DNA from: an uncultured Bacilli bacterium
GTDB taxonomy: Bacteria; Bacillota_I; Bacilli_A; RF39; UBA660
Direction of reading: 5' to 3'
NCBI GenBank assembly: GCA_947625635.1
Contig: CANQPA010000001.1
Coordinates: 3,199 to 67,198 of the forward strand
DNA length: 64,000 bases
The notes below the pieces were generated by a model that saw only the letters and a list, made by a program, of their open reading frames with translations, was not told the origin of the DNA and did no database searches. This document shows positions 27,574 to 38,400 of this stretch, piece by piece. The translations under genes and the position numbers were made by a program. The stretch's first letter is position 1. Every line of letters starts with the position of its first letter.

Positions 27574-28494
27574 CTATCCCATTATTTCGCCACCATTATT
27601 ATGTATAACTTGACCTGTCAAATAACTTGAATCATCGCTTGCCAAAAAAACAAATGTACTTCCAAGTTCATATGGCATAGCTCCCCTTGCCATAGCTGCA
27701 TTAGCACCAAGCGAAGGAATTTTTTCACTTACCCAACAAGCAGGTTGAAGTGGTGTCCAAAAAAATCCAGGTGCTATTGCATTTACTCTTATGTTTTTTA
27801 AAGCTAGGTTCCTAGCTAGTGCTCGTGTAAATCCAACTATTGCTCCTTTAGTAGTTACATAATCAATAAGTTGGGGATCCCCATAAAATGTAGTTACTGA
27901 AGATAAATTTATTATAGAATCTCCACTATGCATAAAAGGCAAAACTTCTTTAGTTAAATAAAACATTCCATATACATTTACTTTCATAGTCCAATCGAAC
28001 TGTTCATCACAAATATCTTCTAACGTATCTTGTTGATACTGTACTCCTGCATTATTTACTAAAATATTTATTTTACCAAATCTATCTAGTGTGGCTTTTA
28101 CTATTTCTTTAGAAAAATTTTTATCAGTTATATCTCCAGATAAAAGTAAGCATTCTCCACCTAAAGATTCTATATACTCTTTAGTTTCCATCGCATCTAC
28201 ATGTTCGTTATAATAAGGTATTACTACTTTGGCTCCTTCCTTTGCAAAATATACAGCGCATGTTCTACCAAGTCCACTATCACCGCCTGTTATAATAGCC
28301 ACTTTATCTTTAAGTTTACCTGACCCTACATAATTCGGATTATCAAATATTGGCCTTGGATCCATTATATATTCAAGCCCTGGCTGTTCAGGTTGTGATT
28401 GTGGCGGTGCCATTATTTTGTATTCCTTACTTTCTATACCAAATGGATCATAATAATTATAAAATGTATTCCCAAATTTATAGTCGTAATTCAA
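27574..28494 (-). CDS. SDR-family NAD(P)-dependent oxidoreductase (YdaD/YhdF-like)
   Basis: TGGDSGLG dinucleotide motif, NNAG, and a catalytic Y(VTT)K. TTG start after a GGAGG SD. Confidence 0.85.
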   Translation of the reverse strand: MNYDYKFGNTFYNYYDPFGIESKEYKIMAPPQSQPEQPGLEYIMDPRPIFDNPNYVGSGKLKDKVAIITGGDSGLGRTCAVYFAKEGAKVVIPYYNEHVDAMETKEYIESLGGECLLLSGDITDKNFSKEIVKATLDRFGKINILVNNAGVQYQQDTLEDICDEQFDWTMKVNVYGMFYLTKEVLPFMHSGDSIINLSSVTTFYGDPQLIDYVTTKGAIVGFTRALARNLALKNIRVNAIAPGFFWTPLQPACWVSEKIPSLGANAAMARGAMPYELGSTFVFLASDDSSYLTGQVIHNNGGEIMG

Positions 28495-28525
28495 AATTAT
28501 AACCTCCTAATATATTATATGATAT

Positions 28526-29365
28526 TTATATTAATAAGTTATTTATAGTTATAATTAGACTATCAATTAGAAAACTTATTGGAATTATACACGACAAAAT
28601 AAATAAAATGTACTTTGTACTATCTTTTAATTTAAAATCTTTATAAAACATTTTTTTAAGCTTTCCTGCAATATCAAATTTTGTGATTATAATCGTGAAT
28701 ATTATAGATCCTGAAACATTTAAAATTATATCATCTATATCAAATGATCCAGTAGATGAAAATACCTGTAATAGTTCTATTATAAATGTAAAAGGCAATA
28801 TCACTTTTATTTGATTTAATATATTTTTATATTTATCATTGTTTAAAATTAATAAAAATGAAAGAGGCATTAACATAACTAAATTACCACCTATATGATA
28901 TATTTTTGTTTTAAATGTTGAATGAATTATAAATTTTTTTATGCTATCAAACGGAATTATATTGTTAAAAACTGTAAAATTTTCAAAATTTTTAAAATCA
29001 AATTTTATTACGCCCCTTCCCATGAACATCGTAATACTTATAAGTAATATTAAATATAAAACTATATAATATTTAGTATTTTTTGTATATATTTTTATTT
29101 TATTTTTTATCAATCCATAAATAAATATTAAAATTGCTAAAGATATCATTAATATTATCGCTTTCAAATAAGTCATATGGTAACGATATTCTCCCATGTA
29201 ACTTAAAAATATATAAATGAAAGTTATTAGGTTTGATATTAATATTAAATCTTTTAATGATGTTATTTTGTTATTAAAGAATTCTTTTTTTATAAACTTA
29301 TATATTGTATAAATAATGAGTAACGCTAACAAAATTGTTAAATAAATTATATATCTATTTTTCAT
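28526..29365 (-). CDS. VanZ-like family membrane protein
   Basis: The C-terminal half has IPFDSIKKF...GGNLVMLMPLSF...ELLQVFSSTGSFDIDDIILNVSGS, the VanZ pattern. Confidence 0.7.
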   Translation of the reverse strand: MKNRYIIYLTILLALLIIYTIYKFIKKEFFNNKITSLKDLILISNLITFIYIFLSYMGEYRYHMTYLKAIILMISLAILIFIYGLIKNKIKIYTKNTKYYIVLYLILLISITMFMGRGVIKFDFKNFENFTVFNNIIPFDSIKKFIIHSTFKTKIYHIGGNLVMLMPLSFLLILNNDKYKNILNQIKVILPFTFIIELLQVFSSTGSFDIDDIILNVSGSIIFTIIITKFDIAGKLKKMFYKDFKLKDSTKYILFILSCIIPISFLIDSLIITINNLLI

Positions 29366-29664
29366 AAATCAACACTATCCCGATTTAAATATATACTATT
29401 TTTATATTTTTATCAAGTATTATGATAAATAATACAGGCTTTTTTCTATTTGAACAAATGCTTTTTAATTTATTTACTTATTTAATTAATTTTACATTTT
29501 TATTTAATATTTTTAAATTACTAATTTATAACCATAACAAATTCATGTACATTATAGTTAATTTATTACCTAATATTACTGGCTCACCTAATTTTATTCA
29601 AATAGATTGTTTATTGTATTTAGTCATTATTTTTATTATTTTAATATAAAAGCATAGAAATTTA

Positions 29665-32600
29665 TTATTTTCTATGCTTCCTATTTCTCACAATAAATCT
29701 ATCACAAGATGCTATAACTGCAGGAAGTAATATTAAAATTAGGAGTGCTGAAATAAGGGTACCTTGTGAAAGTGTCATGCATATTTTAGCAGCTACTTCA
29801 CTTGAGAATTTACCTACTATAAACGTAACAATGATAAGTACAAGTGCACTTGTAAGTATTGTATTAATTGAATTATTATAAGCTTTTATAATAGATGATT
29901 TGATATCATTATTTTCTCTTGCCTCAAGGTAGTATGATGTATATAGTATAGCATAATCAATAGTAGCGCCCATTAAAATACTTTGAACTATTAATATAGA
30001 TATAAAATACACAGTCCCCATAAATGACAATATACCCATAGTTAAAAATACTGCGCACTCTATTAGTAATACAAGTATTACTGGTATTAGAATTGATTTA
30101 AATGTAATAGCTACTACAACAAATATGAATATCATTGTAAGTATAGTTATTAAGTTAAGTTCTGAATTAAATGTTTTACTCATCTCATATGCCATTGGTG
30201 AATCACCTACAACATAGAATTCATCTAAAGTTTTTAAATTATCTTTTGTATTTTGAATAAATTTAAATGTCTCTTTTGATTCAGGTAGTAAGTTTGTATT
30301 TATAACAACTCTCGAATACTTGTCGCCCACTAATAGTTTTTTAGAATCCTGTATACTTTCTTTAGAATCTATTATATTCTTTTTCATACTATCATCTATA
30401 TAAGTATCAAACCTAGAGTCTGTTAATATCTCTTCATTTAGATACCTTGAAAATTCTTCTATAGTTAACGTCCAATCATCATTATATTCCATCTTGCTTC
30501 CATAATATATGTATATCAAATCTATTAATTGCTTATCTAGATTATTTGATAATTCTTTTAATAAATTATATACTTCATCTTTTGTATACTTTTTATTGTT
30601 AATTGAATCCTCAATTATAGTGTTTACTAACATAAGCTTGTTTTTTGAAGAATCATCAAAATTATCTTTATACATATCGTTTTTTAAAATGTCACTAGTA
30701 AGTAAATTTATAAAATCTTGATATGATATAGTCAATTCATTATCACTTGTACTATATAGTGAATATATTAATTTTAAGTTATCTTCTTTTACATTTAAAA
30801 TATCGGATAATTCTTTTGCTGTATACTTTGTATCATTTAATACACCGCTTATAATAATTTTTAGTTGATTAAGTAGATTTAATGTACTTTCATCTATACT
30901 GCGTAACTCTTCGCTATTTTTATTAGAAAGAATAAAATCTACAAATTCATAAGGCGTTAGTTTTAAATTAACTGATAAATAAAAACTATATATTTTTTTT
31001 ATTTCGGGTTCATCTATTTTAGAACCCAAAGTACTAAGGTAAATACTTAATTCTTGATAATTATATTTAATATCATTATTGGTACTATTCATAATAGAAT
31101 ATACCGTTTGTAAAGATTCCTTTTTATCACCTAATAAATTATATATTGAACTATTTATAACTGCTTGGGCAAAATCATATGGAGAAAGCTCTATATCAGT
31201 TTTACCAAACAATATTTGATATAACATTTTTAAAGTATTTTCATCTTGATTAAATATCCTAGCTATATCTTGTATACTCATTTCGGTATTTATAAATTCT
31301 TCATTACTAAAAATTTTAAGTATATTTATACTTTCTTTCAAACTTTCATCGAATAAAGATCCATACTCGCTATCAAACAACGTACTTGTAAAATTTGCGA
31401 ATTCATATAAAGAAAGTTTATCTTCTATCTCATTATTAATTAAATAGTATGTGTACAAACTATTAACAGTATTTTCATCTATTCCAAACAAATTTGCCAT
31501 TTCAATTGATGTATACTTTGTGTTTAGAGTATCTTTATTAGTAAATTTAGATATGTTATTTAAATTGTTTTGTGTATTTTTATCTATACTATTTTTATAT
31601 TTATCATGGGTTAACACATAGTTATTCATAAAAATTATAAATTCTTTTATTGTAAGCTTATTTGTTATGTTTTTAGAATTATTATAAATTAATAGATCTG
31701 TTACATTCTCTTCGCTAATATCTAATGCAGTAGCAATTTCTTTTATAGTTCGTGCACTTTTTAATTTATTTAAATCAGTAAAATTGTTAAGTAGTTCTAT
31801 GTTATCTTTAATAGAATTATCTATATTCTTATTCATTCTATCATCGTTATATATATCACTTTTAATAAAGTTAAGCAAATCATTAAGTTTTATTTTATTA
31901 TTTTCAAGGTTGTTATTATAATGATAATAAACAACTTTTAAAAGATAATCCTCTACTTGAATATCTTTACCTAATTGTTTAAACTTATTATTTAGTTCAT
32001 TATATTTTAAAGGCATATTTATAGTATTTCCATAGCACATCACACTATTTATATTTTTATTTTTATCTAAATTTTGACAATATTTAGATATAGTATCTTC
32101 ATGTTTATTTGAATATATAATTGCCATTTGATTATTTAATGTGAATACATCCTCTATTTCATCAGTACCCGATTGTGTATAAACGATTTGCAAATTACCT
32201 TTCAAAAAATAACTAGCTATAAATATTAATATGAATAATACAAGTGCGATATATCTACATTTATAAGATATTCTACCTACTATATTTAATTTTATAATTG
32301 GACTTTTCTTTTTAGTTTTATATATTAATTTATCACACATAAGTATTAAGCATGGAAGTACTGTAAATATACTAAGTAAACTAAGCAACACACCCTTAGC
32401 AAGCACAAAACCTAAATCTTTTCCTATTGTAAAACTCATAAACACTAGGGCTAAAAGGCCTACTATTGTAGTTACTGAACTACTTGATATAGCTTTAAAT
32501 GAATTATATAAAGCCTCTTTCATAGCCTCAATTTTATTATTTTCTTTTGTTCTTTCTTGTCTATATCTATTCATAAGCATAATAGAATAATCCATCGAAA

Positions 32601-33225
32601 GTGCCATTTGAAGTATTGCAGATATTGAACTCGTTATATTTGATACACTTGAAAACATTATATTAGAGCCATAATTTAAAACGACAGCAATTAAAATAGA
32701 TAGTAGAAATAAAAATGGTTCTATATATGATTCACACATTATAACAAGTATTACAAGTGCGCTTAAAACCGCAAGTAAAATAATATAAAAAGGTAATACG
32801 GCTTTATTATAACTTGATACATCTCCACTTGTATCTACTAAATTATCACCAAAATACTCTTTTATTTCATCATATACCATACTAGCCTGTTTAGAATCTT
32901 TAGCTACATCTAAAGTTAATACATAAAGAGTATATTCATCTTTATTTTTTGTTTCTACTTTATTTACATGATCGAGTTTTTCTAAATATTTTTTATCATC
33001 TTTTGAATTTTTTACCATTACATTAAGTGTACTCAAATTATTATCAAATTCCATGTCCATAATATTAATACCTATTTTTGTTTCCGAATTATTAGGTAAA
33101 TATTTTGATATTTCATAATTTATATTTACTTTACTTGATAATACTATTGATATCGCTGTTAAAATTATAAAAAATATAAGTATAAAATATTTTTTATTTA
33201 CTATAAAATCTGTTATTTTTTTCAT
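29665..33225 (-). CDS. MMPL/RND-superfamily transporter with a greatly expanded second extracytoplasmic loop
   Basis: 1+5 / 1+5 TM layout (TM1 aa about 12-30, TM2-6 aa about 145-300, TM7 aa about 322-340, TM8-12 aa about 1010-1180). MMPL-like TM segments (SSVTTIVGLLALVFMSF...). The stop codon lies in the loop of a terminator hairpin (29651-29680). Confidence 0.7.
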   Translation of the reverse strand: MKKITDFIVNKKYFILIFFIILTAISIVLSSKVNINYEISKYLPNNSETKIGINIMDMEFDNNLSTLNVMVKNSKDDKKYLEKLDHVNKVETKNKDEYTLYVLTLDVAKDSKQASMVYDEIKEYFGDNLVDTSGDVSSYNKAVLPFYIILLAVLSALVILVIMCESYIEPFLFLLSILIAVVLNYGSNIMFSSVSNITSSISAILQMALSMDYSIMLMNRYRQERTKENNKIEAMKEALYNSFKAISSSSVTTIVGLLALVFMSFTIGKDLGFVLAKGVLLSLLSIFTVLPCLILMCDKLIYKTKKKSPIIKLNIVGRISYKCRYIALVLFILIFIASYFLKGNLQIVYTQSGTDEIEDVFTLNNQMAIIYSNKHEDTISKYCQNLDKNKNINSVMCYGNTINMPLKYNELNNKFKQLGKDIQVEDYLLKVVYYHYNNNLENNKIKLNDLLNFIKSDIYNDDRMNKNIDNSIKDNIELLNNFTDLNKLKSARTIKEIATALDISEENVTDLLIYNNSKNITNKLTIKEFIIFMNNYVLTHDKYKNSIDKNTQNNLNNISKFTNKDTLNTKYTSIEMANLFGIDENTVNSLYTYYLINNEIEDKLSLYEFANFTSTLFDSEYGSLFDESLKESINILKIFSNEEFINTEMSIQDIARIFNQDENTLKMLYQILFGKTDIELSPYDFAQAVINSSIYNLLGDKKESLQTVYSIMNSTNNDIKYNYQELSIYLSTLGSKIDEPEIKKIYSFYLSVNLKLTPYEFVDFILSNKNSEELRSIDESTLNLLNQLKIIISGVLNDTKYTAKELSDILNVKEDNLKLIYSLYSTSDNELTISYQDFINLLTSDILKNDMYKDNFDDSSKNKLMLVNTIIEDSINNKKYTKDEVYNLLKELSNNLDKQLIDLIYIYYGSKMEYNDDWTLTIEEFSRYLNEEILTDSRFDTYIDDSMKKNIIDSKESIQDSKKLLVGDKYSRVVINTNLLPESKETFKFIQNTKDNLKTLDEFYVVGDSPMAYEMSKTFNSELNLITILTMIFIFVVVAITFKSILIPVILVLLIECAVFLTMGILSFMGTVYFISILIVQSILMGATIDYAILYTSYYLEARENNDIKSSIIKAYNNSINTILTSALVLIIVTFIVGKFSSEVAAKICMTLSQGTLISALLILILLPAVIASCDRFIVRNRKHRK
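30331..32016 (-). repeat. about seven tandem 72-84-aa protein repeats inside the MMPL loop
   Basis: Recurring pattern (Y)T..E(I/L)A..(F/L).(I/V)(D/S)E(N/D).(V/L)..LY..Y ... (K/E)L(T/S).(Y/K)(E/D)F..F starting near aa 407, 491, 571, 649, 721, 801 and 880. Confidence 0.6.
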
Positions 33226-33295
33226 AAAACCACCCTAAAACATATTATTCAATTAAAAATTTAATACAATCAATTGTTAAATTTAAAATAATATT

Positions 33296-34237
33296 TTATG
33301 ATCCTAACGTTTTTATTTTATATTCAATTAAATTTATAGTATCCTGATCTTCAATACTATTCTTTATTTCATTTAACGTTATTATCTTGTTCCGTAATAA
33401 CTCATCAGCATTTTTACCATATATATTATATATAGAATCATTAAATCTTAGTGTTGACACATGATAATTTTCTTCTACTTTATATGATTTATAACTAAAT
33501 TTTTTCAACAATTGCGACAATTCTTTTTTATTTTTTAGTGATGCTTCTATACAAGAATAAATTTTAATTTGCTTTCCTTTTTTATTAAAAATTCTAATAT
33601 CATTCTTATCAACTCTTATTATTATAAGATCATTGTTAAAATCTCTGTTTTCAATATTATAATAAGGTATTATTTTTTCTCCTTTATCATTGTGGTAAGA
33701 GTAAGTCTTTAGGTTCATTAATGGCATTAAATTAACTTTTTTTATTACATCACTTTTTTGCTCAACAAGCTTATTATTAAAAGATTCTTTGTATTGTTTT
33801 TTTGTTATAAGTTTATTTTCATACAATATTTTTGATATATTTTGAAAGTTTATATCATCTTCGATACTTTTTATAATTTGACCATTTTTATTTATAATTA
33901 AGTTTAAAAATTGATTTTTAACCACAGTATATTCATACTTAAAATTAATGGCAAATAAATACTCACAGGGAATTACTTCTTTTAATTTTCTATTTATGAA
34001 ACCATATAAACCTTGTCTATTCTGCACTAATGCCATTCCATTTTGAAAATCTCCAACAACGTTATATTTTGTTAATAAAGTTTCATATCCATTTTCATCT
34101 ATATAACCACAAACTCCATTATTATGTTTCGTAGCAGCAAGTCCCTCATGATAATCCTCAATAAATTTATAATCATCACTATCTATATTAATGTAAATCT
34201 TATAATTTATATAATCATCAAATTCTAAACAATACAT
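33296..34237 (-). CDS. WG-repeat (KWG-like) protein
   Basis: GLAATKHNNGVCGYIDENGYETL and NGMALVQNRQGLYGFINRKLKEVIPCEY fit WG-containing repeats. Start at the ATG at 34237 after an AGGTGA SD. Confidence 0.6.
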   Translation of the reverse strand: MYCLEFDDYINYKIYINIDSDDYKFIEDYHEGLAATKHNNGVCGYIDENGYETLLTKYNVVGDFQNGMALVQNRQGLYGFINRKLKEVIPCEYLFAINFKYEYTVVKNQFLNLIINKNGQIIKSIEDDINFQNISKILYENKLITKKQYKESFNNKLVEQKSDVIKKVNLMPLMNLKTYSYHNDKGEKIIPYYNIENRDFNNDLIIIRVDKNDIRIFNKKGKQIKIYSCIEASLKNKKELSQLLKKFSYKSYKVEENYHVSTLRFNDSIYNIYGKNADELLRNKIITLNEIKNSIEDQDTINLIEYKIKTLGS

Positions 34238-34324
34238 TGTATCACCTAATGTTTTATTATAGCACAATAAATATTTCTGAACAATATTTGTACTAAAAAA
34301 AGATAAAATTTATTATCTTTTTAT

Positions 34325-35347
34325 TTATATCTCATCTTTCTTTAAACTTTTTATAATCAAAATAGCACCACCTATGACAAGTAAAAATGCAATTGAATAT
34401 AATATTATTTTTGGCATTTTGCCTGTGTCAGGAGCATTAACGTTTTCAACATCATTATTAAAATGAATATCACTACCAGTCAGATTTGACTCACTACAAA
34501 CGTTAAATTCACTAGAAGTAGGTTCAATTTTATGTGCATAATATTGCAAAATAAGTACAGCATCTTCGGAGTTTATTTCACCATCATTATTTACATCAGC
34601 ATTAGAACAATTATCATCATCACAAGTTAAATCCTCTTTTTGTTTTGAGCCACTATAATACTGCAAAATAAGCACAGCATCCTCGGAATCTACATTATCA
34701 TCTCCATTAACGTCTCCACGACCTTCTACAAATTTGTCATTTGATTGATTCCCATTAATATAATCTATTATTTGTAAAACAAGTATAGAATCGTCTGAAT
34801 CTACTTTTCCATCTTTATTTACATCTGCTCTTGCTTTTTCATTTTCATTTGGAGTTATACTACCAGAATAATACTTTAAAATTAATTCTGAATCCTCAAC
34901 TGTTACTTTACCATCGCCATTAACATCACCTAACAATGTCGTATCATAACAACTTTTTTCAGACTTCAAAGCTATTTGTAAATTATTTTCAGAAACGTTT
35001 TCTAATCTTGTAATTTTACATTGGACTAAATTCAAATTATTTACTTTAGATGGATATACCGAATTAATAATAATTTTTCCTGATTCAGCTTTTAAACTAA
35101 AATTGTTATTCAATGAAACAAAATTATCTATTTTTAATCCATTAGAAATATTAATACTTCCCTGATATTGTGTTAAATATCCATTAGTGTTAATATTTAT
35201 AAAACAATTTGTCGATTCTCCAACTTTTAAGGACGTTTTATCGCATAATATATTTGCCTCTGTAAATAGATCATCAACAGCAGAAACATTTAAAATTAAT
35301 ACATTAAATATAAGTAACAAAAATAACACTAAAAAACCTTTTTTCAT
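34325..35347 (-). CDS. surface-anchored protein: cohesin-like N-domain plus two dockerin modules plus C-terminal anchor
   Basis: Signal peptide. About 110-aa beta-rich N-domain. Four EF-hand-like dockerin segments (GDVNGDGKVTVEDSELILKYY, ADVNKDGKVDSDDSILVLQ, GDVNGDDNVDSEDAVLILQYY, ADVNNDGEINSEDAVLILQYY). C-terminus is NAPDTG + hydrophobic helix + KSLKKDEI. Confidence 0.7.
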   Translation of the reverse strand: MKKGFLVLFLLLIFNVLILNVSAVDDLFTEANILCDKTSLKVGESTNCFININTNGYLTQYQGSINISNGLKIDNFVSLNNNFSLKAESGKIIINSVYPSKVNNLNLVQCKITRLENVSENNLQIALKSEKSCYDTTLLGDVNGDGKVTVEDSELILKYYSGSITPNENEKARADVNKDGKVDSDDSILVLQIIDYINGNQSNDKFVEGRGDVNGDDNVDSEDAVLILQYYSGSKQKEDLTCDDDNCSNADVNNDGEINSEDAVLILQYYAHKIEPTSSEFNVCSESNLTGSDIHFNNDVENVNAPDTGKMPKIILYSIAFLLVIGGAILIIKSLKKDEI

Positions 35348-35370
35348 TAACTTTCCTACCTTTCACATTC

Positions 35371-35399
35371 ATTATATCATTAAATCCCCTAATGGTCAA
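35371..35399 (-). promoter_or_regulatory. promoter P3: TTGACC - 17 nt (contains G4) - TGA-TATAAT
   Basis: Minus strand reads TTGACC ATTA GGGG ATT TAATGA TATAAT. It shares the TA-G(n)...TAATGATATAAT layout with P2. Confidence 0.55.
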
Positions 35400-35400
35400 T

Positions 35401-35424
35401 AAAAAAAATCGACACTCCGCCGAT
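35401..35424 (-). terminator. intrinsic terminator after ileS
   Basis: ATCGGC-GGAGT-GTCGAT hairpin plus U8 on the minus strand. Confidence 0.65.
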
Positions 35425-35425
35425 T

Positions 35426-38400
35426 TTATTTAATTTGTTCAACATCTATATAAGTAGTATGCCCATTTAAATCCACTTCTTCATGCAAATTAAATTTAAC
35501 CACTATATCTATAGAAAGTGTCTCATTTTTTATGAATTCATCAAATTTAGTTACAGCCTCAGTTACTTCATCATCACCATTATAGTATAGAATTATTCTA
35601 TCAGCTATATTAAAATCCTTATTTTTTCTCAAATTTTGTACCTTAGATACTAATTCACGTGCAATGCCCTCCATAACTAAATCATTGGTAAGTTCAGTAT
35701 TTAATATTATAAAATTATCTGTATCTGTTGCTACATCAAATCCTTCTTTAGAATTTGTTTTTATATCAACCATAGTTGAATTAATATCGTATTCTTTATC
35801 TCCTATAATCATCTTGATAATTTCGCCATTTTGAAGTTTATTTATATCGTTAGAAGATAAGTTAAGCAATTTTTCTTGAAACTCTTTCATTAACGATCCA
35901 AATACTTTTCCTACTTCTTTAAAGTTAGGTTTAACTGTAAAATTCATATAATTTTCAACATCTTTGATGAACTTAACATTTTTAACATTCAACTCTTCTT
36001 TAATTAAATCAGATAAATCGCTAATTAAAGATTCATTTTTTGCATCTAACAATGCCTCACTTAAAGGTTGTCTAACTTTTATCTTAACATCCTCTCTTAT
36101 ATTTCTACCAAGGCTTATTAAATCTCTTACTAAATCCATTCTAGATTCTATTTTCTCATTTATCAATTTTTCATCATAAATTGGATAATCTTCTAAGTGA
36201 ACAGATTCTTTTCCTGTTAATTTTGTATAAATTTCTTCACTTGTAAATGGCGCAATAGGTGCGATAAGTTTACAAATGCCAACTAATATATCGTATGTAA
36301 CTTTATATACTGCAAGCTTGGATATATCATTTTCACTAGCCCAAAATCTTCTTCTATTGCGTCTTATATACCAGTTAGACAAGTCTTCAACAACAAAATT
36401 TTGTATCTCTCTGGTTGTTGAAGTTAGGTCATATTTATCCATAGCTAAAGTTACATTTTTAACTAATTTGTTATATTTAGATATTAGCCACTTATCTATT
36501 TCATCATAATCTTTATACTTTATTTCATACTCTTTTGGATCTATGTTATCAATATTTGCATACATCATAAAAAATGTATATGTATTTTTAAGAGTACCGA
36601 AAAATTTAGATTGTACTTCTTTAATTCCTTCTTCATCAAATCTAAGTGGAGTCCATACTGGAGATGCATATAGCATATACCATCTAATAGGATCTGCACC
36701 ATATTTGCTTAAAACAGTAAATGGCTCAACTGCATTTCCTTTACTTTTATGCATTTTTTGACCATGTTTGTCAGTTATTAAATCGTTTACAAGTACATTT
36801 TTATATGGGCTTTTACCTGTTATAAATGTTGATATTACAAGCAATGAATAAAACCATCCCCTAGTTTGATCTATACCTTCACTTATAAAATCTGCAGGAA
36901 ATTGAGTTTCAAAAAGTTCTTTATTTTCAAATGGATAGTGATACTGAGCAAAAGGCATAGAACCCGAATCAAACCAACAATCAATAACTTCCTTGACTCT
37001 AGACATAGTTTTTCCACATTTTGGACACTTAATATGTATCTCATCTACATAAGGCCTATGAAGTTCTATGGATTCATCTATATCTTCAATTGAATTTTTG
37101 ACAAGTTCCTCCCTTGAACCTATCATCATTTTTTCTCCACAAGAACATTCCCACAAAGGTATTGGTGTTCCCCAATATCTATTCCTAGAAATTGCCCAAT
37201 CATTTAAATTTTCCAACCAATTACCAAATCTTTTTTCTCCTACGTAATCCGGATACCAATTTACAGTTTTATTTGCTTCAATTATCTTATCTTTAAAATC
37301 CGTTACTTTAATATATAAACTAGGCTTAGAATAATATACAAGAGGAGTCTTACATCTCCAACAATGTGGATAATTATGAATCATTTTTTGCTTTTTGAAT
37401 ATCTTATCTTGTTTTTGTAAATATTTAATTATTTCTATTTCAAGTTCACTATCAACAACCAATCTTCCCTTCCAAGGTCCTTCTGTATAACATCCATTTT
37501 CATCAACTGGATTAAGTACTGGTAAATCATACTTAAGTCCTACTTCATAATCATCCTGCCCAAATGCAGGAGCTATATGTACTATTCCTGTACCGTCTTC
37601 CATGGTAACATATTCATCACAAGTAACATAAAATGCTTTTTTATTTACTTTTAAAATAGGCATATATTGTTCATACTCTAAATACTCTAAATCTTTACCA
37701 GTATATTCTTCTACAACTTCGAACTCATCACCAAGTACTTTATGAGCAAGTTGTTTTGCAACTATAAAGTTATATCCTTTTGACAAACATTTTACATATT
37801 TTTCATGCGGATTTACGCAGGCTGCAACATTAGAAATTAACGTCCAAGGAGTTGTTGTCCAAATTAATAAATATGTATTATCTTGATTCTTTACTTTAAA
37901 CGGAACTGTAACAGTATTTACCGTTATCTCTTTATATCCTTGGGCTACTTCATGACTCGCAAGACCTGTACCACATCTAGGACAATATGGTAATATTTTA
38001 AGTCCATTATAAATCAATCCTTCATCAAAGAATTTTTTAAGTATCCACCATTCTGTTTCGATATAATTGTTATCATAAGTTATATATGGATTTTTTAAAT
38101 CTATAAATTGTCCCATCTTATTTGTAAAATCTTTAAAAGCAGCCTCGTTATTCCATACACTTTCTTTACACTTTTTATTAAATTCTTTTATACCATATTT
38201 TTCAATATCACCTTTACCATTAAATCCAAGCTCTTTTTCAACTTGTACTTCAACAGGTAATCCGTGTGTATCCCATCCTACTTTTCTAAGTACACGATAT
38301 CCTTTCATAGTCTTATATTTACAGAAAGTATCTTTCAAAAGTTTGGCAAGCATATGATGAATACCTGGCATTCCATTTGCTGTAGCAGGGCCATCATAGA

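Noticed and set aside
29422-29649. A 75-aa plus-strand ORF in the gap between the VanZ-like and MMPL genes.
   Set aside because: It has no SD and an extremely low-complexity F/L/I/N composition. The region is better explained as promoter/terminator spacer; the MMPL terminator hairpin is at 29651-29680.
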